A stretch of DNA of 64,000 nt from a bacterium UBP2_UBA2255. GTDB lineage: Bacteria; Edwardsbacteria; AC1; EtOH8. Positions 50,680 through 61,680 of this stretch are shown here, piece by piece. The DNA lies in the NCBI GenBank assembly GCA_002347565.1, contig DDXR01000049.1, positions 42,302 to 106,301 on the forward strand, written 5' to 3'. Positions within the stretch are counted from its first letter, which is position 1, and each line of letters opens with the position of its first letter. The notes under the pieces were generated by a model, which was given only the letters and a program-made list of their open reading frames with translations, was not told the origin of the DNA and made no database searches. The position numbers and the translations under genes are program-made.

Positions 50680-52578
50680 ATGATCGTCCCCATGCTCAGG
50701 GTGCTGGTGGCTGGTCCCAAACCGCTGATGGCCGCCGTGATCGAGACCATCCAGCGGCAGGGGCGGGTCCACATCGCGGCCGCGCGGGGCCAGGAGCAGG
50801 GCGTTTGCGCCGGCGGGCTGGCCGAGGCCGAGGCCGGGCGCCGGCAATCGGTCGAACGGGCCGCTTCCGAGATCGACGGCCTGCTGGCCCTGCTTGGGTT
50901 CCGGGGAAGGCCGGCACGACAGACCGGGGAACCGGACTGGGGCGCGCTGGAGGCCGGGCTGCGCGAACGCCAGGAGCGCGTGCGGGCGCTGGTGCGGCGG
51001 CGGCTGGAGCTGGAGGATGAGCTGGCGCTGATAGCCAGTTACCAGCAGGCGTTCGAGGCGCTCTCGCCGCTGCTGTCGCGGCTGGAGGGGAGCGCCAGGC
51101 TCCGGGCCTTCGGGTTCATCATCAAGGGGACCGATGCCACGGCTGCCGAACCGCTGCGCCGCGAGCTGGGCAGGGCCACGAGCGGCCGGTGCGAGGTGTT
51201 CGCCCAGGCGCTGGGCGACGGCCGGGTCGCCGTGCTGGCGGCGCACCACGCCGGGGACACCGACCGGGTGCGGGGGTTCTTCGCCAAGCTTGGCGTCAGC
51301 GAGCTGAAATTGCCGTCGACCGTTACCGGCCTGCCGATGGCAGAGGCGGTGCGGCAGCTCAAGGGAAAGCTGCGCGACCTGCCCGGGCAGATCCGGGCCG
51401 CGCAGGAGGATATCGGCAGCCTGGCCGGGCAGTGGGGGCCGGAGCTGGCGGGGCTGCGCCTGCTGGCGGGCGACGTGCTGGCGAGGCTGGCCGTGCGGGC
51501 CCAGGTCGGGGAAAGCCGGTTCACCTTCCTGCTGCAAGGTTACCTGCCGCAGGACGACCTGCCCGGCCTCCGCGACGCCCTGCGCGCCGCCTACCAGGAC
51601 CGGGTCACGGTGCAGACGATAGAGATCGGACACCGCGACGCGGCGCAGGTCCCGGTGATGCTGAAGAACAACCGGCTGGTCAAGCCGTTCGAGATGATGC
51701 TGTCGATCTTCAACCCGCCGCGCTACGGGACTGTCGACCCCACGCCGTTCATCGCGTTCTTCTTCCCGCTGTACTTCGGCTTCATCGTCGGCGACCTCGG
51801 CTACGGCCTGGTGATGCTGGCGCTGGCGCTGGCGCTGCGCTGGAAGCTCGGTCAGCGGCCGTTGGTCAGGCCGCTGACCACCATTTTCGCGCTGTGCGCC
51901 GCCTGGACCGCCGCGTTCGGCGTCGTCTACGGCGAGCTGTTCGGCGACCTGGGCGAGCACATGCACTGGCTGCATCCCATGGCCGACGCGGTCAACCGCA
52001 TGAGGCCGGAGTCGCTGATGCCGCTGTTCTGGTCATCGATCGCCGTCGGCGCGTTCCAGGTGATGGCCGGGTTCGGGATCATGCTCTACCAGGGTCTGAG
52101 GCATCGCGACCGGCACCATATCCTTGAGCCGCTGGCCTTCGTCATCGGCATCGCCGGCGTGGCCGGCTTCGCAGCCTCCTGGATGTTCGGGGTCATCCCG
52201 TCCTCCTTCATGGCGCCGTCGCTGGCCCTGCTGGTCGCCGGCGCCGGCCTGCTTGGGTGGCTGGCCGGCGTGGCAGGGCCGATCGAGATCTTCGGCGCGG
52301 TCGGCAACATTCTGTCCTTCGCCCGTTTGTTCGCGATCGGATTGTCCGCGGCATATCTGGCGTATGCGGCCAACCTGATCGGCCGCACCATCGGCGGCAT
52401 TCCGGGGATTCTGGTGGCGGCCCTGGTAGTGCATCCGCTGTTCTTCGCCCTGGGCCTGATCAGCCCCATCATGCAGTCGTTCCGTCTCCAGGTCGTGGAG
52501 TTCTTCACCAAGTTCAAATACCACGATTATCCCGGCAAACAATACAAACCATTCAAAACCACAGGAGAGACCCCATGA
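50680..52578 (+). CDS. atpI: V/A-type ATP synthase subunit I (a)
   Basis: P.YG..DPTP...FFP..FG...GD.GYG; GNILSFARL.AIGL (essential Arg); RLQ.VEFF.KF. Confidence 0.95.
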   Translation: MIVPMLRVLVAGPKPLMAAVIETIQRQGRVHIAAARGQEQGVCAGGLAEAEAGRRQSVERAASEIDGLLALLGFRGRPARQTGEPDWGALEAGLRERQERVRALVRRRLELEDELALIASYQQAFEALSPLLSRLEGSARLRAFGFIIKGTDATAAEPLRRELGRATSGRCEVFAQALGDGRVAVLAAHHAGDTDRVRGFFAKLGVSELKLPSTVTGLPMAEAVRQLKGKLRDLPGQIRAAQEDIGSLAGQWGPELAGLRLLAGDVLARLAVRAQVGESRFTFLLQGYLPQDDLPGLRDALRAAYQDRVTVQTIEIGHRDAAQVPVMLKNNRLVKPFEMMLSIFNPPRYGTVDPTPFIAFFFPLYFGFIVGDLGYGLVMLALALALRWKLGQRPLVRPLTTIFALCAAWTAAFGVVYGELFGDLGEHMHWLHPMADAVNRMRPESLMPLFWSSIAVGAFQVMAGFGIMLYQGLRHRDRHHILEPLAFVIGIAGVAGFAASWMFGVIPSSFMAPSLALLVAGAGLLGWLAGVAGPIEIFGAVGNILSFARLFAIGLSAAYLAYAANLIGRTIGGIPGILVAALVVHPLFFALGLISPIMQSFRLQVVEFFTKFKYHDYPGKQYKPFKTTGETP

Positions 52579-52919
52579 AGAAGTTCCTGGCGATCGTGAT
52601 GCTGTCCGTCATCGCGATGACCTTCGCCTCGGTGGCGTTGGCCCAGCATGCCGCACCGGCCGCGGAACAGCAGAAGGCGGACTCCCCGGCCAAGCCGCTG
52701 GACAACATCGTGATCTGGAAGGCCCTCGGCGCGGCGCTGGCCATCGGCGCCGCCGCTTTCGCCACGGCCTGGGCCCAGAGCAAGATCGGATCGGCCGCGG
52801 CCGGCGCCATCGCCGAGAAGCCGGAGATCGGCGGCGTGATGATCGTGCTGGAGGCCCTGCCCGAGACCATCATCATCCTGGGCTTCGTGATCGCCATCAT
52901 GATCGTGGGGATGAAGTAG
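52575..52919 (+). CDS. atpK: V/A-type ATP synthase subunit K (c), single hairpin with signal peptide
   Basis: RBS AGGAGA; signal MKKFLA..VALA; AQSKIGSAAAGAIAEKP; LPETIII.G. Confidence 0.93.
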   Translation: MKKFLAIVMLSVIAMTFASVALAQHAAPAAEQQKADSPAKPLDNIVIWKALGAALAIGAAAFATAWAQSKIGSAAAGAIAEKPEIGGVMIVLEALPETIIILGFVIAIMIVGMK

Positions 52920-52968
52920 CCGCTGCGCCGGGCCCCGGAACCGGCGGCATCTGGCACGATCTGACGAT

Positions 52969-53541
52969 ATGAATTCCGAACTACTGAAGGTCATCGAGGC
53001 CGAGGCCGCGGCCGAGCGCCAGCGGATCACGGACGCGGCCCGGGAGCGGGCCGGCGAGATCATCTCCTCGGCCGAGACCGCGGCCCGGCGGCTGCGCGAC
53101 AGCGGCGAGCGCGCCCGGGATGAGCAGGAACGCGCGGTCAGGCTCAAGACGGCCGCGGCCGCGGAACTGGCGGCATCGGCGCTGCGGCTGGAAGCCAAGC
53201 GCCGGGTGCTGGATTCGGTGTTCGACGCCGCCCGTCGGCGTCTGGCGCAGCTGTCCGGCCCGGAGTACCGGCGCGTCCTGAAGTCGCTGATCGCCGAGGC
53301 GGCGGCGGGCTTCGATGGGCAGTTCCGGCTGCGGGTGCGCCGGCAGGACGCCAAGCCGGCCGCCGAGATACTGAAGGAGTTGGGTCTGGAGGCGGAGGCC
53401 GAGGCCGAGGGCGCGGATGACGGCGGCGTGGTCGCGTCCGACCCCCAAGGCCGGATGATGGTCTGCAACAGGTTCGCCGACCGCCTGGAGCGCGCCCGTC
53501 CCGAGCTGCTGCCCGCGCTGTCGCGCATCCTGTGGGGATGA
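52969..53541 (+). CDS. atpE: V/A-type ATP synthase subunit E
   Basis: N-terminal coiled coil; GGV....G...N.F..RL.......L...LWG. Confidence 0.88.
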   Translation: MNSELLKVIEAEAAAERQRITDAARERAGEIISSAETAARRLRDSGERARDEQERAVRLKTAAAAELAASALRLEAKRRVLDSVFDAARRRLAQLSGPEYRRVLKSLIAEAAAGFDGQFRLRVRRQDAKPAAEILKELGLEAEAEAEGADDGGVVASDPQGRMMVCNRFADRLERARPELLPALSRILWG

Positions 53542-53544
53542 GCG

Positions 53545-54603
53545 ATGCCGTCGGACTACGGGTACATCAACGCCCGGATCAAGGGATGGCACAGCCGCCT
53601 GCTGACGGCCGGCGCAGTGACCGAGATCGCCGACCTGCCTGATTTTCCGGCTTTTCTGAAATGGATGGCCGCCGGTCCGTACGCGGCCGATTGGCAGCTG
53701 GCCCGTGCCCGGTTCGAGGGATTGGAAGCGGTCGAGCAGGCGCTGGAAGCGAATTTCGGCCAGACCACCCGGCGGTTGTTGGCGGTCTCGGACGGCGCCC
53801 CGCGCCGCCTGATCGGGATCATGCTGCGGCGCTGGGACCTGGCCAACCTCAAGACGGTGGTCCGTGGCATCGCCCGCCAGCACGGTTCGCAGGAGATCGC
53901 CCGCAACCTGTGGCCGGCCGGCAACCTGGTGATGGTCCGCCTGAGGGAGCTGGCCCAGCAGCGCGACCTGCGCGGCGTGGCGGACGTGCTGGCCACCTGG
54001 CGCGACCCGCTGGCGCAGCCCCTGATTGAATGCCTGGCAGGGTTCGACCGGGACCACGACCTGGTGCCGGTCGAACTGGCGCTGGACCGGTTCCATTTCC
54101 GCGACTCGCTGCGGCGGCTGCGAGGCCCGGAGAGCAACCGCAGCCTGATGGCGGGCCTGCTGCGGCGGGAGATCGACCTGGCCAATGCCAAAACGGCCAG
54201 GAGGCTGGCCGGTCAGGCCGCGGATCAGGCGCGGGATCCCCGGGCCTATGTGATCGACGGCGGCGAAGTCATCGATGCCGAGGCCGTGGCCGAATTGCTC
54301 GATCCCAGGACGCGCAGCCGCCGGCTGCGTGCCCTGCGGGCATCGCCCTACCACGGCTATCTGGCCGGCACCGGCGACCCGGTCCGGCTGGAGGATGAAC
54401 TCGACCATTCGTTCTGGCGCCACTGCGCCCGGCTGTACCGGGCCCGGCCGCTGGCGATCGACGTGGCCGTCGGCTTCATCTGGCGGAAACAGTACGAGCT
54501 GGTCAACCTGCGCCTGCTGGCCCGGTCCAAGTTCTACGGGCTGCCGCCGGAAGAGATACGCAGCCAGCTGTTCCTGGACGTTGCGGGCGGCCGCTGCGGC
54601 TGA
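53545..54603 (+). CDS. atpC: V/A-type ATP synthase subunit C (d)
   Basis: YGYINARI.G..SRLL, RWDL.NLKT..R, EID..N, K..E..NLR..AR. Confidence 0.92.
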   Translation: MPSDYGYINARIKGWHSRLLTAGAVTEIADLPDFPAFLKWMAAGPYAADWQLARARFEGLEAVEQALEANFGQTTRRLLAVSDGAPRRLIGIMLRRWDLANLKTVVRGIARQHGSQEIARNLWPAGNLVMVRLRELAQQRDLRGVADVLATWRDPLAQPLIECLAGFDRDHDLVPVELALDRFHFRDSLRRLRGPESNRSLMAGLLRREIDLANAKTARRLAGQAADQARDPRAYVIDGGEVIDAEAVAELLDPRTRSRRLRALRASPYHGYLAGTGDPVRLEDELDHSFWRHCARLYRARPLAIDVAVGFIWRKQYELVNLRLLARSKFYGLPPEEIRSQLFLDVAGGRCG

Positions 54604-54675
54604 CGACGGCTGGCGGTTTCCGCGCCGCATCCCGGGCATCCACCCAACCCCACCACGACAGCGAAAGGGGACGGT

Positions 54676-55884
54676 ATGAACCGCATCGCACTCGGCGCCA
54701 TTGCCCTGGTCCTGACGGCCGGACTGGCCGGCGCGGCGCCGGAAGCGCCGCCGGCCGCGCCGCCCGGTGAGGCGTCTGCCGCCGGACTGACGGCGGTCGA
54801 CACTCCCAACGACGAGGGGCGGTCGATCACCGTCACCTGGGCCCGGTCGCCCCGGGACATCGGCGATGCCGCCGTGTTCAAGGGCTACCAGATCCTGCGG
54901 GCCGACCACGCCGATGGGCCGTTCGCCGAGGTCGGGTTCGTCATCGGCGGCAAGACGGAGTTCCGCGACAACGTGGCCGAGGGCGCGGCGCACTGGTACC
55001 GCGTGCGCGCCGTGGCCGGCAGCGATTCATCGGAAACGGGGACGGCCGGTCCGGTCCGGGCGTCGGCCCAGTGGTTCGACGCCGGCCGCAGCAACGTGCT
55101 GATCGTGACCGTCCTGCTGGCGTTCCTGATGATCTGGTACATCGAGCGGGCCAAGAAGGGCGAGGAGCTGTTCATCCGGAAGATCCACGGCCTGGACGCC
55201 ATCGACGAGGCGGTGGGGCGGTCCACCGAGCTGGGCAAGCCGGTGCTGTTCTCGTTCGGCCTGGGCGAGATCAAGGACATCGTGACCGTGGCCGCGCTGT
55301 CAATCCTGCGCCAGGTCGCGGTGCGCTGCGCCCAGCACGGCACCGAGCTGCTGGTCCCGAACTGGGACCCGCTGGTGATGGCCGCGGCCCAGGAGACCAT
55401 CCAGCAGGCCTACTCCGAGCCGGGCCGGCCCGACCTGTACAAGGAGGGCAACGTCAGCTTCCTGACCTCGGATCAGTTCGGGTACGCCGCGGGCGTCGAC
55501 GGCATGATGATCCGGCAGAAGCCGGGGGCGGTGTTCTTCATGGGCTACTTCTATGCCGAGGCCCTGCTGATGTCGGAGACCGGCCACTCGGTGGGCGCGA
55601 TCCAGATCGCCGGGACCACGGCGGTCACCCAGCTGCCGTTCTTCATCGCCTCCTGCGACTACACCCTGATCGGCGAGGAGATGCTGGCTGCCAGCTGCTA
55701 CCTGAAGCGCGATCCCCAGCTGCTGGGGTCGATCAAGGGCGAGGATTTCGTCAAGGCCATCCTGATCGTCGGGTTCGCGGCGCTGGCCGTGGTCGGCACC
55801 GCCGGCGCCCTGCTGGCCGGCGCCGGGCGTCCCTGGCTGTCCGGCGTGTTCCAGGCCATCATCCAGTGGTTCGTGACCGCATGA
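54676..55884 (+). CDS. Uncharacterised membrane protein: signal peptide, FN3-like domain and DUF6754-like domain
   Basis: DTPND.G..I.V.W...Y.I.R...Y.V.AV (FN3-like); TM; IRKI.GLDAIDEAVGR.TE.GKP, QIAGT...QLPFF...CDY.LIGEE (family name recalled, not searched). Confidence 0.75.
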   Translation: MNRIALGAIALVLTAGLAGAAPEAPPAAPPGEASAAGLTAVDTPNDEGRSITVTWARSPRDIGDAAVFKGYQILRADHADGPFAEVGFVIGGKTEFRDNVAEGAAHWYRVRAVAGSDSSETGTAGPVRASAQWFDAGRSNVLIVTVLLAFLMIWYIERAKKGEELFIRKIHGLDAIDEAVGRSTELGKPVLFSFGLGEIKDIVTVAALSILRQVAVRCAQHGTELLVPNWDPLVMAAAQETIQQAYSEPGRPDLYKEGNVSFLTSDQFGYAAGVDGMMIRQKPGAVFFMGYFYAEALLMSETGHSVGAIQIAGTTAVTQLPFFIASCDYTLIGEEMLAASCYLKRDPQLLGSIKGEDFVKAILIVGFAALAVVGTAGALLAGAGRPWLSGVFQAIIQWFVTA

Positions 55885-55921
55885 CGCGCGCGTCACTGAT
55901 CGAAATGAAGGAGCGGCGCCC

Positions 55922-56554
55922 ATGAAAAAAGAGATCCCATTGGCCATCACCTTCCTGACCGGCCTGATCATCGTGGTCACGTTCTTCATCCCCCACCAGC
56001 CGCTGGGGACGATGCAGCAGCGGCTGCTGATCTGGTACTCGATCGTGCTGGGGTTCACCATGCTGCTGGGCGTGGACAGCTTGCTGCGCAGCAACCTCAA
56101 GCGGCTGGTGGGGCGCACCCCGGGATGGCCGTACGCCGCAGTGCTGCTCGCCGGGTTCGCGTTCACCCTGGCGGCCGGGATCTACAACTGGGCCACCACC
56201 AGGTCGCTGCTGACCCTGGGGTCGCCGTTCATGTTCGTCTACACCTTCGTGATCGTGCCCCTGCAGGCGACCATGTTCGCGGTGCTGGCGTTCTTCATCG
56301 CGTCGGCCGCCTACCGCGCCTTCCGGGCCCGCACCCTGGAGGCGACCCTGCTGCTGGTCACCGCCGCCATCGTCATGATCGGGCGGGTGCCGGTGGGGGC
56401 CGAGCTGTGGGACAAGCTGCCGGTCCTGGCCGACTGGATCATGGAGGTCCCCCAGATGGCGGCCAAGCGGGGCATCGTCATCGGCGTGGCCCTGGGGACC
56501 ATCGCCATGTCGCTGCGGGTGATCCTGGGCCTGGAACGGACCTACCTGTCATGA
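55922..56554 (+). CDS. Uncharacterised membrane protein (~6 TM), subunit 2 of the module
   Basis: RBS AAGGAG; PL.ATMF..LAFFIASAAYRAFRAR; RGI.IG.ALG. Confidence 0.8.
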   Translation: MKKEIPLAITFLTGLIIVVTFFIPHQPLGTMQQRLLIWYSIVLGFTMLLGVDSLLRSNLKRLVGRTPGWPYAAVLLAGFAFTLAAGIYNWATTRSLLTLGSPFMFVYTFVIVPLQATMFAVLAFFIASAAYRAFRARTLEATLLLVTAAIVMIGRVPVGAELWDKLPVLADWIMEVPQMAAKRGIVIGVALGTIAMSLRVILGLERTYLS

Positions 56555-56576
56555 AGCGCAGCAGAGGAGAACGACG

Positions 56577-57398
56577 ATGAGATTCTTCGAGCGGATCGCC
56601 GCCATCGACCGGCGGCTGATCTACCTGGCGCTGGCGCTGTCGGTGCTCATCCCCCTGCTGTTCAAGATGGTGCTCCCGACCCGCGTCTCCGAGCCGGTGC
56701 GGGCCGCCTACCGGTCGATCGATGACCTGCCCGAAGGTTCCGTGGTGATGATCTCGGTCGACTACGACGCCTCGTCGGCGCCGGAGCTGCAGCCCATCTA
56801 TCTCGGCATCCTGCAGCACTGCTTCGCCAAGAAGCTCAAGGTGCTGGTGCTGGGGCAGTGGGTGATGGGGACCCCCTTCGGCGAGCTGGGCTTGGGCCGG
56901 ATCGCGCCGCTGTACGACGCCGTCTACGGCGTCGACTACGTCAACCTGGGGTACCGGCCCGGCTACCGCGCCCAGATGGTGGGGCTGGGCCGCGAGATTC
57001 GCGACTTCTTCGCGGTCGATTCCCGCGGCATCACCCTCGACAGCTTGCCGATGATGGCCGGGGTCCACAATTACAACCAGATCGACCTGCTGGTGGGTCT
57101 CGAGGCCGGCCAGGCCGGCGACGAGTGGATCCAATTCGCCGGCGCCCGCTACGGCGTCGACATCGTGATCGGCGCCACCGGCGTGGTGGCCCCCGACAAG
57201 TTCCATTACCTGCAGGCCCGGCAGATCCGCGGGCTGATCGGCGGCCTGCAGGGCGCGGCCGAGTACGAGACCCTGATCGGCAAGCCGGGCGCCGCCATCG
57301 CCGGCATGGTCGCCCAATCCTGGGCGCACCTCCTGCTGCTGGCGTTCATCGTCCTGGGCAACGTCGGATATTTCGTGATGCGGAGGGCCAAGCCATGA
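56577..57398 (+). CDS. Uncharacterised membrane-anchored protein, subunit 3 of the module
   Basis: N- and C-terminal TMs around a soluble domain; YGVDYVNLGY.PG; GLIGGL.GAAEYE.L. Confidence 0.8.
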   Translation: MRFFERIAAIDRRLIYLALALSVLIPLLFKMVLPTRVSEPVRAAYRSIDDLPEGSVVMISVDYDASSAPELQPIYLGILQHCFAKKLKVLVLGQWVMGTPFGELGLGRIAPLYDAVYGVDYVNLGYRPGYRAQMVGLGREIRDFFAVDSRGITLDSLPMMAGVHNYNQIDLLVGLEAGQAGDEWIQFAGARYGVDIVIGATGVVAPDKFHYLQARQIRGLIGGLQGAAEYETLIGKPGAAIAGMVAQSWAHLLLLAFIVLGNVGYFVMRRAKP

Positions 57399-58018
57399 CG
57401 CAGATCATCGGCACCTGGATCGCGGCCGGGCTGACCCTGGCCATCTTCTCCTTCCTCTACAAGGACAACCCGTTCTACAAGGTGGCGGAGCACCTCTACG
57501 TCGGTGTCTCGGCGGCCTACGCCGTGCTGTACGCCTGGGCCAACGACGTCTACCCGATGCTGGTCGAACCGATGTTCCTGGGCCGGGGCGCCGTCACCAC
57601 GGCCGACCGCTGGATCCTGCTGGTGCCGCTGCTGTTCGGCCTGATGATGCTGGCGCGGTGGGTGCCGAGGATCGCCTGGCTGTCGCGCTGGTCCATCGCA
57701 CTGACGGTAGGCATCGCGGCGGGCCTGGGCATCACCGGCCAGATCCAGGGCATTCTGCTGCCGCAGGTGGCCGGCACCCTGGTGCCGCTGACATCGGCCA
57801 ACAACGTTCTGATGGTGGCCGGCGTCATCGCCACGCTGGTGTACTTCTATTTCTCGATCGCCCAGAAGGGCGCGGTCAAAGTGGGCAGCCGGCTGGGCAT
57901 GGTGTTCATCATGGTCGCGTTCGGCGCCTCGTTCGGCTATACGGTGATGGCCAGGATCTCGCTGTTGATCGGGCGCCTGCAGTTCCTGGTGTTCGACTGG
58001 CTCCACGTGGTCAAGTGA
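57395..58018 (+). CDS. Uncharacterised membrane protein (~6 TM), subunit 4 of the module
   Basis: ATGA overlap; TL.IFSFLYKDNPFYK.AEH.YVG; FGASFGYTVM.R.SLLIGR..FL. Confidence 0.8.
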   Translation: MTQIIGTWIAAGLTLAIFSFLYKDNPFYKVAEHLYVGVSAAYAVLYAWANDVYPMLVEPMFLGRGAVTTADRWILLVPLLFGLMMLARWVPRIAWLSRWSIALTVGIAAGLGITGQIQGILLPQVAGTLVPLTSANNVLMVAGVIATLVYFYFSIAQKGAVKVGSRLGMVFIMVAFGASFGYTVMARISLLIGRLQFLVFDWLHVVK

Positions 58019-58052
58019 CGGCCGCCCCAACCGTCGAGAGGAGGATCCTGCG

Positions 58053-58355
58053 ATGAACGACCTGACCGCTGTCAAGGGGGTGCGGGCCTGGGCGGTGTTC
58101 GCCAACGACGCGCCGGTGGAGGGCGAGGCCAAGGGCGAGCTGGGGGACAAGGCGGGCGAGATCGAGCAGTTCTGGGTGAACGCGGCCTCGGTGATCGCCA
58201 GCAACTTCCGGCTGGGCCAGCTGCGCGAGGTGGCCGTGGCCGGCCCCGACCGGCAGGTGCTGATGCTGCTGGCCGGCGACCGGACCGTGGTGTGCGAGGT
58301 CGATCCCGCCGCCGACTGGAAGGCGCTGGCGGGCGAGATCCGGAGGAAGATGTAG
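58053..58355 (+). CDS. Roadblock/LC7-like small protein
   Basis: L..VKGV....V...D; LGQL.EV.V.G....VL....G; 100 aa; RBS GAGGAGG. Confidence 0.65.
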   Translation: MNDLTAVKGVRAWAVFANDAPVEGEAKGELGDKAGEIEQFWVNAASVIASNFRLGQLREVAVAGPDRQVLMLLAGDRTVVCEVDPAADWKALAGEIRRKM

Positions 58356-58356
58356 C

Positions 58357-58905
58357 ATGGCACTTGCAGACGCGATAGCTGCTGGCAGGGTGGCGGGCCT
58401 CAAGGGCGCGTTCCTGGTGCCGGCCGGCGGCGACATCCAGGCGCAGGGCTGCGACCAGTCGGCCGCGACCCCCAGCGCCGAGCTGGCCCGCCAGATCCAG
58501 GACATCGTCGGCCTGCCGACGCTGGACACCGTGTGGCTCGCCGCCGAGGGCGGCATCGCCGGCCTGCGGCTGGCCGCCGGGGCGACGGCCGGGGTGCTGC
58601 TGGGGCCGGACGGGGCGGCCGGGCCCGCCCGCAAGCTGCTGGACGCGTTGCTGGCAGCCCCGGCGGCCGGAACGGGCGGCGGCGACGCCATCAACCAGAT
58701 CCGCAAGGTCGCCACCGAGTACCTCACCGACTTCGCCGAGACCGCGCTGATGATCCAGATCAAGCAGTCGGGTCTGGACGAGAAGAACCCCAGCCCCGAA
58801 AGCCTGGCCAAGCTGGCCGGCGGCCTGGAGAAGGCGGCGCTGATGATCATCGGCCCCTCGCGAGCCAAGGAGATGGGCGAGAGGCTGAAGAAGGCGATAT
58901 CATGA
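58357..58905 (+). CDS. Degenerate roadblock-like domain fused to a C-terminal helical domain
   Basis: V.GLKGAFLV..GG.I, GL.TLDTVWL; C-terminal INQIRKVATEYL..FA...L.KLA..LEKAA...IG. Confidence 0.55.
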   Translation: MALADAIAAGRVAGLKGAFLVPAGGDIQAQGCDQSAATPSAELARQIQDIVGLPTLDTVWLAAEGGIAGLRLAAGATAGVLLGPDGAAGPARKLLDALLAAPAAGTGGGDAINQIRKVATEYLTDFAETALMIQIKQSGLDEKNPSPESLAKLAGGLEKAALMIIGPSRAKEMGERLKKAIS

Positions 58906-58998
58906 TGCGGGACGCGGATCGACGCAGATCATATCGATCGGTTGTCCCGGCCGTCCGAACAGCGGATGTCTGCGTGAATCAGCGTCCGGAAGTGTCGG

Positions 58999-59322
58999 AT
59001 GAATAGGCTGGCCGTCATCACCGACAGCGGCACCGCCACCGGGTTCCGGATGGCGGGGGTGGACACCTTCGAGGTCGCCTCCGAACCGCAGCTCCAGGCC
59101 AAGCTGGCCGAGCTGATCGCGACGGGCGACTACGGGCTGATCGCCGTCAACCAAGACCTGGCGGCGGACCTGGGCGAGGAGGTCGACCGCATCATGAAGA
59201 ATCGCGCCCTGCCGGTGATCCTGCCGTTCCCGGTGCCCAAGGGCGGGACGGTGGAGAGCGGCGAGGCCTACCTCAATAAGCTGGTCAAGGACGCCATCGG
59301 GTTCTACGTCAAGCTGAAGTGA
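58999..59322 (+). CDS. atpF: V/A-type ATP synthase subunit F
   Basis: AVI.D..TATGFR.AGV, YGLIAV, LPV.LP.P, Y...LV..AIGF..KL. Confidence 0.92.
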   Translation: MNRLAVITDSGTATGFRMAGVDTFEVASEPQLQAKLAELIATGDYGLIAVNQDLAADLGEEVDRIMKNRALPVILPFPVPKGGTVESGEAYLNKLVKDAIGFYVKLK

Positions 59323-59807
59323 CCGCGGTGAAATCGATGACGTTCCTGGGATACCTCTTCGTCGCGTGCTGCTTCGCCGGTTGCAGCAAGGACCCGGCCG
59401 CGCCTGGAGCGACCCCCACGTTGGACACTGCCACGCTGACGGATTCCCTGCATGCAGTCGCCATCGGCATGTCGCGCCGGGAATGCCAGATCGACATCCA
59501 GCTGGCGTATTCGATCAATCGTTACCCGCTGATCAAGGCCGGCTCCGACTCGGATATGGTGACCGTCTACCTGCACAACGGCAAGGCGATATCGACCGAC
59601 ACCCCATACAACGCTGGCGCGATCGTCAGGCAGGATTACCGGAACGGTGACCTCCTGGCGAGATCGGTGCAAGGGGGATGGGGCTCGGACACGACGGCAC
59701 ACGTCCTGATGGCTTCCGATACCCTGACCACCATCGACAGTGCCACGGTCGACGTGTGGTGGTGGTTTGATGGCGGCCGCCAGGTGCACCACCGGCTTTT
59801 CCCGTAG
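59319..59807 (+). CDS. Hypothetical lipoprotein
   Basis: Lipobox FAGC after a hydrophobic stretch; GTGA overlap with the subunit F stop (alternative start 59337). Confidence 0.6.
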   Translation: MTAVKSMTFLGYLFVACCFAGCSKDPAAPGATPTLDTATLTDSLHAVAIGMSRRECQIDIQLAYSINRYPLIKAGSDSDMVTVYLHNGKAISTDTPYNAGAIVRQDYRNGDLLARSVQGGWGSDTTAHVLMASDTLTTIDSATVDVWWWFDGGRQVHHRLFP

Positions 59808-59851
59808 ACCACAGCACAGCAACCATCGAATATATCCTTCGGGGAGAACCT

Positions 59852-61594
<1,743 letters not shown>

Positions 61595-61680
61595 CTGCCG
61601 ACGAACGGTATCCACTATATCGTAGACGCTATCCAGTAGAGGATACTGAGTAGTGAATACTGAATAGGGAAGGCAACAGT

